64,000 bases of DNA from Acidobacteriota bacterium (GTDB lineage Bacteria; Acidobacteriota; UBA890; WLXD01). The notes beneath the pieces are model-generated. The model was not told where the DNA came from. It was given only the letters and a program-made list of their open reading frames with translations, and did not search any database. Shown one piece after another: positions 9,315-16,908 of this stretch; position 1 is the first letter of the stretch, and each line of letters begins with the position of its first letter. The DNA is taken from NCBI GenBank assembly GCA_965205505.1, contig CBDBHB010000004.1:1-64000 (forward strand), read 5' to 3'. Position numbers and translations under genes: made by a program.

Positions 9315-10808
9315 ATGCGGGAGCCTCGCGAGGCGTTGGTGATCGGGCTGGACGTCGGCACCGGTGGGGCGCGGGTGGTGATCGTCAACGCCGCCGGCGC
9401 TATCCGAGCGACGGTTCACGCTGACCTCGAGGCTGGTGGAAAAGTACCGGGCCCCGAGCAGCCGGGCTGGCACGAGCAGAATCCCGAAACCTGGTGGAAA
9501 GCTGCCAGATGGGCGATCCGCGACGCCGTGCGGCAGGTCGGTGGATCCCCGAGTGTCGTGGACATGCTGCAAGCCATCTGCGTCGATGGCACGTCGGGAA
9601 CGGTCGTCGGCACAAGCCGCGATGGCAGAGCCACGACGCCTGCACTGATGTACAACGATGCGCGCGCCGAGGTGGAAGCCCACCAACTCGACGCGCTGGC
9701 TCATGAGCATGGTGAAACGACCGGTCCGCGCATCAGCGCGTCCTTCGGCATCGCCAAGATGCTGTGGATCCAACGGCACCTGCCGGAAGCGTTCGCTGCG
9801 ACACACATGTTCGCGCACCAGGCCGACTTCATTACTGGCCGGCTTACCGGTCGGGTGGGCACGACCGACTACAGCAACGCGATGAAGTCGGGCTTCGATC
9901 TCACCGCTGGGTCGTGGGCCGGCTGGATCGACGAGCACCCCGACCTGCGCTCCAGGTTGCCCCGCGTCGTCGCGCCGGGTGAGGCGCTTGGCAACGTATC
10001 TGACGCCGTCGCCGATGAGCTCGGCCTGCCTCGCAGCCTCGCCGTAATTGCCGGGGCCACCGATGGCACGGCCGCCTTCCTGGCGTCCGGGGCGCGTCGC
10101 GTCGGAGAGAACAACACCACCCTGGGAACAACACTGGTGTTCAAGCGCGTGGCCGACCGTTGCGTGCAGGATCCGGATGGTCTGCTGTACTGCCACAAGT
10201 TACCCGGCGGATGCTGGCTTCCGGGCGCCGCCAGCAACGTTGGAGGAGACTGGATTCGAAAGGACTTCGCCGGCGCCGACCTCCGGCAACTCGACGGCGC
10301 AGCAAGTGAGCTGCTGCCGACGCAGCAGCTTGCCTACCCGCTCCGCATGCGGGGCGATCGCTTCCCCTTCAAGTCCGCCGATGCGGTGGGCTTCTGCGAG
10401 CCGGACGCCACCGAGTCGACGGTGCGCTATGCGGCCAACCTCCAGGGCACAGCGTTTGTGGAGCGGCTGGGCTACGAAGTGCTGGATCGCGCCACAGCTG
10501 CCGGTGATCAGGGCACCGCTGGGGCAGTCTATGCCACGGGCGGTGGCAGCCGAAGCGATGTCTGGATGCAGCTTCGAGCGGACGTATGCGGTCGTGCCTA
10601 TCATCGACCGGGCTGTCACGAATCGGCGTTCGGAAGCGCCATCCTGGCTGCGGCGGGCACGGTTCACGGGAACCTGCGGGATGCGAGCCAGGCTATGGTA
10701 AAGATCGCCAGGACGTTTCGCCCGGATCGGGCCCGCCATGAAATGTACGAAGAGCTCTACCAGCGATTCCTGCGGCTTCTCGAGCAGCGCGGCTTCCTGA
10801 CCAGGTAG
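9315..10808 (+). CDS. FGGY-family carbohydrate kinase
   Basis: IGLDVGTGGAR, DGTSGT, MYNDAR, GATDG, TLGTT, TGGGSRSDVWMQ. Confidence 0.92.
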   Translation: MREPREALVIGLDVGTGGARVVIVNAAGAIRATVHADLEAGGKVPGPEQPGWHEQNPETWWKAARWAIRDAVRQVGGSPSVVDMLQAICVDGTSGTVVGTSRDGRATTPALMYNDARAEVEAHQLDALAHEHGETTGPRISASFGIAKMLWIQRHLPEAFAATHMFAHQADFITGRLTGRVGTTDYSNAMKSGFDLTAGSWAGWIDEHPDLRSRLPRVVAPGEALGNVSDAVADELGLPRSLAVIAGATDGTAAFLASGARRVGENNTTLGTTLVFKRVADRCVQDPDGLLYCHKLPGGCWLPGAASNVGGDWIRKDFAGADLRQLDGAASELLPTQQLAYPLRMRGDRFPFKSADAVGFCEPDATESTVRYAANLQGTAFVERLGYEVLDRATAAGDQGTAGAVYATGGGSRSDVWMQLRADVCGRAYHRPGCHESAFGSAILAAAGTVHGNLRDASQAMVKIARTFRPDRARHEMYEELYQRFLRLLEQRGFLTR

Positions 10809-10813
10809 CTTCC

Positions 10814-11497
10814 ATGACCCAGATCGTCACAGAGATGATTGAATCGGCCCGCCAGCTGGTGAGCTCCGGCCTCGTGACGGGAGCAGGTGGTAACGTCAGC
10901 GCTCGCGAGGCTGACCACATGTGGATCTCTCCGAGCGGATTCTCGCTCGAAGACGCGCGGCAAGAGCACTACCCATGCATCTCGGTTGCATCAGGGAACA
11001 TCGTCTCGGGCGATTTCCGGCCCTCTTCAGAAGTCCTGATGCACCTCTACGTCTATCGCGCGCGCCCCGACGTGAACGCTGTCTTCCACGCTCATCCGAA
11101 GATGACCATCGCGCTGTGTTCGGCAGGCCACGACCTACGCCCCATGTTCGCTGATTACTATGTCTACCTAGGGGCTAATGTCCCGCATGTGCCCTACGTC
11201 ACGGTCACCACGCCAGAGTTGGCGCGCCTCGTCGAGCGCCAGTTCAAGGCTTCCGATTGCCAGGGCATGGTGCTCCGTAACCACGGCACGATCACGGTCG
11301 GGGCGTCGGTCAAGGAGGCTGCCTTCCGCACGTATGCGATGGAGGAGCAGGCGTTCATCCAGTGGCACGCACTGCAGGTCGGCGATCCCACCTATCTGAC
11401 AGAAGAGGATTGCGCGAAGCTCGACGCCCTCGGGAGTGAGGAGTACCGGAGACGGCTGCTCGCGGAGATGAAGTCGACCGCCTCGAACGCATCATGA
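10814..11497 (+). CDS. Class II aldolase/adducin family protein
   Basis: GGNVSAR, ISPSG, PSSEVLMH, HAHP, LRNHG Zn ligands. Confidence 0.9.
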   Translation: MTQIVTEMIESARQLVSSGLVTGAGGNVSAREADHMWISPSGFSLEDARQEHYPCISVASGNIVSGDFRPSSEVLMHLYVYRARPDVNAVFHAHPKMTIALCSAGHDLRPMFADYYVYLGANVPHVPYVTVTTPELARLVERQFKASDCQGMVLRNHGTITVGASVKEAAFRTYAMEEQAFIQWHALQVGDPTYLTEEDCAKLDALGSEEYRRRLLAEMKSTASNAS

Positions 11498-11516
11498 GCC
11501 GACGAAGCGACCTGAA

Positions 11517-12230
11517 TTGACGATCCGCGCACTGCTCTTCGACCTCGACAACACCCTCTACCACTACACCCCCTGCGACGAAGCGGCGTTGGTTGCGACG
11601 CGGGCGGTGCTCGCGCAGCACATCAACCTCTCAGACGCCGAGTTCGGTCGGCTCAACGACCAGGTTCGTAGCGAGTTCGCAGCGCGCCTCGGCGGCCAGG
11701 CTGCGTCCCACAGTCGCATCCTGTTCTTCAAGTCGATGGTCGAGCAGCTCACCACCGCCTGCGGCGGCGATCTCGCCTTGCGCATGTCCGACCGCTACTG
11801 GGAGGCTTTTCTCGGCCAAATGGAGCCCGCGCCCCACACCCGTGATGTTCTGGAGAGCCTTGGCGGGAGCCACGATCTGGCGCTGGTCACCAACCAAACG
11901 ACCTACATCCAGCTGAGGAAGATCCAGCGGCTCGGAATCGAACGCCACTTTCCGGTGGTGGTAACGAGCGAGGAATGCGGCGTCGAGAAGCCGGACGCGC
12001 GCGTATTTCAGAGAGCCCTGAGCGCCCTGGGCGTCGACGCCGCCGACGCGGTGATGATCGGCGATGACCCGGACACCGATATCCGCGGCGCTTCCGAGCT
12101 CGGGATCTCCACGGTTCACACGACGGAGTTCACCGGCGCACGCCTCGGGGAGGAGCAGGTCGGCGCCGGACCCGACGCCGTTATCGGCTCGCTAAGCGAG
12201 CTTCCGGAGGTGCTGTCCCGCCTGTCCTGA
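11517..12230 (+). CDS. HAD-family hydrolase
   Basis: LFDLDNTL, LVTN, EKPD, MIGDD motifs. Confidence 0.9.
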   Translation: MTIRALLFDLDNTLYHYTPCDEAALVATRAVLAQHINLSDAEFGRLNDQVRSEFAARLGGQAASHSRILFFKSMVEQLTTACGGDLALRMSDRYWEAFLGQMEPAPHTRDVLESLGGSHDLALVTNQTTYIQLRKIQRLGIERHFPVVVTSEECGVEKPDARVFQRALSALGVDAADAVMIGDDPDTDIRGASELGISTVHTTEFTGARLGEEQVGAGPDAVIGSLSELPEVLSRLS

Positions 12231-12258
12231 GGCGAGAGACGCTACCCGCAATTCTCTG

Positions 12259-12281
12259 AATCGGACACCAAATCGGACACC
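12259..12281. repeat. Tandem 11-bp direct repeat (integrase arm-site-like)
   Basis: aatcggacacc-a-aatcggacacc, at the start of a lower-GC segment. Confidence 0.45.
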
Positions 12282-12355
12282 TTTGTGTTCTCGGAAGAAC
12301 ATTGGAAACATCCGACAACAAGAGGTCTCATTAACGAGCGACGGTGGGCGATGCG

Positions 12356-12748
12356 CTAGGCTGCTTGTCGGTCCGGTTCCCATTCGATTTCCAGTTGGAT
12401 CTCGAACTGAAAGGCGACGTTGCGTCCGCTCGTGCCCTCGCCGATTCGCAGCACACGAGCCCAGATAGACTGGTTAGGAATCAATAGGCCAACGACTGGT
12501 TCTGCAGAGGAAGGCTGTTCAGGCTGTCCTCGATCGGATCCGTAGCGTTCTCGGAAGTGGATCCTGTAACGCTCTCTTACCTCGAGAGGCTCTGATAGAC
12601 GCACCACCATGCCGCCGCGGCTGACATTGAGTGTTACGCCTGACAATAGGTTGTCAGAGTCACTCGGCTCGGTCTTGACGACGATACCAGAACCGTAGCG
12701 AGGGAACGCCCGGCGACTCTGCGCGATTGTCTTGAGTTTCTCGTTCAT
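12356..12748 (-). CDS. PilZ-domain (c-di-GMP-binding) protein
   Basis: RRAFPR (RxxxR) and NVSRGG ([D/N]xSxxG) motifs. Confidence 0.75.
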   Translation of the reverse strand: MNEKLKTIAQSRRAFPRYGSGIVVKTEPSDSDNLLSGVTLNVSRGGMVVRLSEPLEVRERYRIHFRERYGSDRGQPEQPSSAEPVVGLLIPNQSIWARVLRIGEGTSGRNVAFQFEIQLEIEWEPDRQAA

Positions 12749-12962
12749 ACTCAACCTTCCAGGGAGGCGTTAGCGAAGCGTTGCTGTCTGTGACGGCAAT
12801 AAGTAGGTATAGATGATCCTTGCATACTTACACAAGCAAGAAAGCACTCATGTGCAGCATCCGACGTCTTGTAGCTAATAAAACATACTAATAGCTATTG
12901 ACACTCAGTAAAGATCAGGCCTGAGCCGTGCGCGAAACCCAGGAAACATGCACTTTGAAGAC

Positions 12963-13340
12963 TGACCCAAACCCCGAAAACGGGGCCAGGTTGATGTTTA
13001 GGAAATCGGGGTACCGTAGTCCTCCAAGTAACGAGGACAGATGAAGCGGAAGAGATACACGGACGAGCAGATCGCCTACGCGCTGCGGTAGGCTGAGGCG
13101 GGCACGCCGATCAAGGAGGTGTGCCGCAAGCTGGGCGTCAGCGAGCAGAGGTTCTACACGTGGCGCCGCAAGTTCGCCGGGATGGGCGTGGCCGAACTGC
13201 GGGAGCTACGACAACTCCGGCATGAGAACCGGAAGTTGAAGCAGCTGGTCGCAGATCTGAGCTTGGACAAGCATTCGGGGTGGGGTCAGAGCCCTCAAAT
13301 CCTAACTCTCAAACTGGCCCGATTATGGGGGGGCAGGTCA
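12963..13340 (+). mobile_element. Internally deleted IS3-family element (both ends present, orfA with a nonsense codon, no orfB)
   Basis: Left end TGACCCAAACCCCGAAAACGGGGCCAG; right end ctggcccgattatgggggggcaggtca; orfA MKRKRYTDEQIAYALR*AEAGTPIKEVCRKLGVSEQRFYTWRRK, with TAG at 13089-13091. Confidence 0.8.
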
Positions 13341-13364
13341 ATACGGCTTTTGTAACCGGGCTGT

Positions 13365-14600
13365 TCATTTGGCCTGGTAGGGTCCATGCACAGCCTTGAC
13401 GATGTACGCTTCGGCTGAGTCGTCCAGAATAATGACACGGTACGACTCGCCGCCCTCGTCTACGCGAATGACGATGTGGCCCTGATCGCTCGCGAGTTGA
13501 GCGAATCGTTGTGGGCCGAGGGCATGCTCGGTGGCTTCGACCACGGTGACGGCGAAGACATCCCGGGGGCCGTCGTACAGCCGCGGGGAAGTCACCCGGT
13601 CGACGACGTAACGGCCCGGGTGATCGGCTGATCTCGACGGAACGACCCACACGCGAGCTTGCAGCGTGCGCACGAAGAACTCTGTCGTCCCGTTGCCGAG
13701 GCCATGGTGGTTGAGCACGGCTGCGTCCACCGGTCCCACCGCCTTGGCGACCGGGGTCTCAACGTCTTGCCAGTCCGGATAACCCGGGGCGGGCTCCCCC
13801 GGCATGTCGCCCCCCGTATAGTAGTCAAACTGACCGTAGCTCACCCGAATCGCCAGGCTGCATTGGTTCTCGGTGGGCCAGTCCTCCCTCGGTATCCGGG
13901 ACAGGTCCGGAAAATGCTCCTCGGTGTCGGTATCGAGACCGGTCCACACCTCGCCGTTCGCGGCCACGTTGTTGACCTCGAAACTCGGATAGAGCCCCGG
14001 CTGGCGCTGAAGGACGATCTGGTCGTGGCGGCCAGGCTGCAACCGCTCCACCTCCATGCCTTCGTTCAGGCGCTGGTTCTCGAGAAAGCCTCGATAGTCG
14101 TTCAGCGAGAGCGGCCGGGGGTAGTCGTAGTCGGGCCACCCCCGATCAAGCATCGTGCGGATCGGGATGTACTCCGCCACCTCGGTGAACCCGCCCATAT
14201 GATCACCGTGGAAATGGGTGATCAGGGCGTAGTCGATGGCCGGATCGGGGTCGTGGGCGAGCATCCGCCGGGCGTAGCGAGCGATCCATTCGCCGGCGGT
14301 GCGGGACCCGTCGGGTACAGGTGCGGCACCACGCGGGGGCTCCGGGTTTCCGTCTCCTGAATCCACGAGCATCGAGGTGCCATCTGGGAAGATCAGCAAC
14401 GCTGCGTTGCCTTGCCCGGTGCTGATCTGGTGAATGTCGAGAGTCCCGAGTGTCCAGGATGGCAACGGCTCACCGACCGACTGCGCACGCAGTTCGACGG
14501 TGCACAGTGCTGACAGCGCGAGGAGAATCGTGGCGGTCAGGCCAACTCGTCGGACTTTCAGTGACATTTCTCTGGCCAACGCTAGCAGCAGGAGGAGCAT
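13365..14600 (-). CDS. Secreted MBL-fold metallo-hydrolase (ComEC/Rec2-like)
   Basis: GQGNAALL, VDSG, THFHGDHMG, YYTGGD, NHHG; signal peptide. Confidence 0.85.
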   Translation of the reverse strand: MLLLLLALAREMSLKVRRVGLTATILLALSALCTVELRAQSVGEPLPSWTLGTLDIHQISTGQGNAALLIFPDGTSMLVDSGDGNPEPPRGAAPVPDGSRTAGEWIARYARRMLAHDPDPAIDYALITHFHGDHMGGFTEVAEYIPIRTMLDRGWPDYDYPRPLSLNDYRGFLENQRLNEGMEVERLQPGRHDQIVLQRQPGLYPSFEVNNVAANGEVWTGLDTDTEEHFPDLSRIPREDWPTENQCSLAIRVSYGQFDYYTGGDMPGEPAPGYPDWQDVETPVAKAVGPVDAAVLNHHGLGNGTTEFFVRTLQARVWVVPSRSADHPGRYVVDRVTSPRLYDGPRDVFAVTVVEATEHALGPQRFAQLASDQGHIVIRVDEGGESYRVIILDDSAEAYIVKAVHGPYQAK

Positions 14601-14660
14601 TCACGGTGGCCCCATGGCGCGAGCAACCACATGTTCTTATAGAAAGCTGCCTCCAGTCAC

Positions 14661-14939
14661 CTAGCAGGCCGTGGTGAAAGTGTGGTGGGTCTGGCGACAG
14701 GGTCTTGGGAAGTGGAGGCAAGGAGCGAGGAGGAGGCGATGGTAACCCCATCGTTGACGAGGAACGACGCAGCATACGCGCGCAACCCCCTGTCGCCCGA
14801 AGGGTTACGGCGATTTGGGGCCATTTGCGGCGTTGGCCTTCCTCGACGATGGCTAGGGCATCGCCAGTGTCAGGCCGCCTTGCATCTGGCCCCAACTCGC
14901 CGTAACCAGACCCACCACACTTTCACCACGGCCTGCTAG
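14661..14939. mobile_element. Miniature inverted-repeat element, family B (279 bp, CTAG-bounded)
   Basis: 34-bp perfect terminal inverted repeat ctagcaggccgtggtgaaagtgtggtgggtctgg / ccagacccaccacactttcaccacggcctgctag. Confidence 0.85.
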
Positions 14940-14995
14940 GTCAACTGTAGGGTCGCTTCGAACACCCCCGCTTCGACCGCCTCCTGATGACCAAT

Positions 14996-15035
14996 TCGAC
15001 GAGCTGAAGCGGCTCGTGCCGACGGACCTGTAGCG
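14996..15035 (+). repeat. 40-bp repeat (second copy at 33578..33617) encoding DELKRLVPTD(L/P)*
   Basis: tcgacgagctgaagcggctcgtgccgacggacc(t/c)gtagcg, 39/40 identical. Confidence 0.8.
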
Positions 15036-15193
15036 TCGTCAGACTCGGTAGCACTTTTGAGGTGCAACGAGGGTACGAAACGGACCAATAAGGACGCTGA
15101 GAGATCAGCGATTCGCCAGGCGCGACAGGGGATATCCGAGAATGACCCGCCGTGTAAGCCTCTGCCGGAAATCACCGAAAACCCGCCCCATTC

Positions 15194-15223
15194 GACTCAA
15201 AATCCGGTGGGCTTACGCTCGTG
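15194..15223 (+). other. tRNA-Leu(CAA)-like fragment (anticodon loop plus variable arm), probable att scar
   Basis: GA-CTCAAAA-TCCGGT-GGGC-TTAC-GCTC-GTG; no D arm, T arm or acceptor end. Confidence 0.55.
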
Positions 15224-15388
15224 AACGAGGCGAACGGCGATCTGGCTTACCTACCGGGTGTCGTGCTCAAGTAGGTGCGGCAGGCCGGATTTCGGCGCCC
15301 ACAGCATCAGCAGGTAGGTAAACTTCAAGTTTATTCGGAGCGGTTGAGCAGGTTGCTGTAGCGCAAGCCCTGCGGCAGTGCCCGGACT

Positions 15389-16717
15389 TCAGACGAACGG
15401 CAGTCCCCAGATCACCCACGACGCCCACCCGACGGCGAGCACCATCACGCGCCCCATGGACGCGCGAAACTTGGGCGGCCAGTCGTCGGGCTCGGCAGAC
15501 CATGACCTTGCCAGCAAGAATGCGAGCATGAGCAGGGTCACGGCGTTCCAACCGAGCACGGCATGGCGATTTGGCGTGAGCCCGTACTGGAGCGTCCTGG
15601 TGACAATGGCTGCCAGCGCGTAGAGGTTGAGCAGCAACGTCAGCACGCTCAACGAAAAAGCCCCGCGGCGCAGCAGGCGCTCGTTCGTCCGCTCTCGAGC
15701 ATCGTCAGGGGCTGATACCGTGGCAGCGAGCAATGTCAGGATCGCGATGATCGTGGCGTTGTAGACGATCAGGACCGTACGCTCGTTGAATGCTCGCCAG
15801 AAGTAGGCCGGGATGAACCAGATTACGTAGAAAGACAGCACGACCAGAGCCGCGGGAAACAACAGCCACGTCATGATGCGGAGGATGCGTGCGAGTCCCG
15901 TCGGCCGCTGTTGCGCGGGCGACACGTTCGGGTCGTAGACGCTTGCCACCGCCAGCACCGGGATGACCCCGAGGCCGAATGCCGCCGCGGCTCGCAGCAC
16001 GCTCAGAGGAAACTCGAGCCCGAACACCGCGAATATCCCGAGTGTCAGCCCGCCGAAGATGGCGCCGGCAACAAGGAAGATTCCACCGGTAATCAGCGCC
16101 TCCATGGATTGCACGATGTAGGCGTAGAAGTGCGTCGCGCGATCGGTCCGGCCTAGCGTCACGCCTCCGCCGATCACCGCCCAGGATACGAAAGGAAGGT
16201 GCAGGGCAACCAGCGTCGCCACGTCGTCGGTTCTGCCCCACGCCACGAATGCACCCATCAACCCTGCGATGAACGCGACCGTGGCGGCCCCTGCGTACCA
16301 TCGAAGCCGTTCCCGGTGCGGCGCGACGAGGGCGATGAAGACCACGATGGCGACTGCCGCCAGCGGCCCCCATCCGATCCAGAACAGCGGGTTGGATTCG
16401 TCAGGAATGGGAACAGAGGGCTTGTCGCCGGCGAAAAGCGCGAAGAGTGCCCCGGTGCCGATGCTGGTGGCTAGCGCCGTTACCCAGTGTCGCCGCCTGC
16501 TTGCGTCAGCTCCGTCCGCTGGCAGGGCGGCGGCGGATGGCTCGTCCAGGTCGAGGCGGCAAAGCCAGGCGCGAAGCAAGATGTTGTCCGGATCCGCCTC
16601 GGAACACTGAGCGACCGCCTCTGCGAAGGCGCTCTCCTTTCCGCGTTGTCTCGCCCGCCTATAGAGGCTCTCCAGCGCCGCGGGAGCTTCGCTGATCTGT
16701 TCAACCTGTTCCTTCAT
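15389..16717 (-). CDS. Polytopic membrane protein (DUF4153-like)
   Basis: Many TM segments; LHLPF, ITGGIFL, YGLTPNRHAVLGWN. Confidence 0.65.
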   Translation of the reverse strand: MKEQVEQISEAPAALESLYRRARQRGKESAFAEAVAQCSEADPDNILLRAWLCRLDLDEPSAAALPADGADASRRRHWVTALATSIGTGALFALFAGDKPSVPIPDESNPLFWIGWGPLAAVAIVVFIALVAPHRERLRWYAGAATVAFIAGLMGAFVAWGRTDDVATLVALHLPFVSWAVIGGGVTLGRTDRATHFYAYIVQSMEALITGGIFLVAGAIFGGLTLGIFAVFGLEFPLSVLRAAAAFGLGVIPVLAVASVYDPNVSPAQQRPTGLARILRIMTWLLFPAALVVLSFYVIWFIPAYFWRAFNERTVLIVYNATIIAILTLLAATVSAPDDARERTNERLLRRGAFSLSVLTLLLNLYALAAIVTRTLQYGLTPNRHAVLGWNAVTLLMLAFLLARSWSAEPDDWPPKFRASMGRVMVLAVGWASWVIWGLPFV

Positions 16718-16784
16718 CTGCACCGATGGGCTGTGTTGGCGACCCGATTTAGCCTCGGAGTATGCACTTAACCATAACAAGAAG

Positions 16785-16803
16785 TACTTTTGAATACAAA
16801 GTA
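16785..16803. promoter_or_regulatory. Palindromic operator TACTTT-N7-AAAGTA
   Basis: tacttt-tgaatac-aaagta in the AT-rich divergent intergenic region. Confidence 0.5.
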
Positions 16804-16908
16804 TCCGCCGTCTGAGCTCTGGAGCTCACTACCGATCGATGCTCGCGGTAGTGTCAGCACATGCGCGCAATCGGTCTGCCCGGCTAGTTACTCGCCAGGA
16901 CTCGGATC

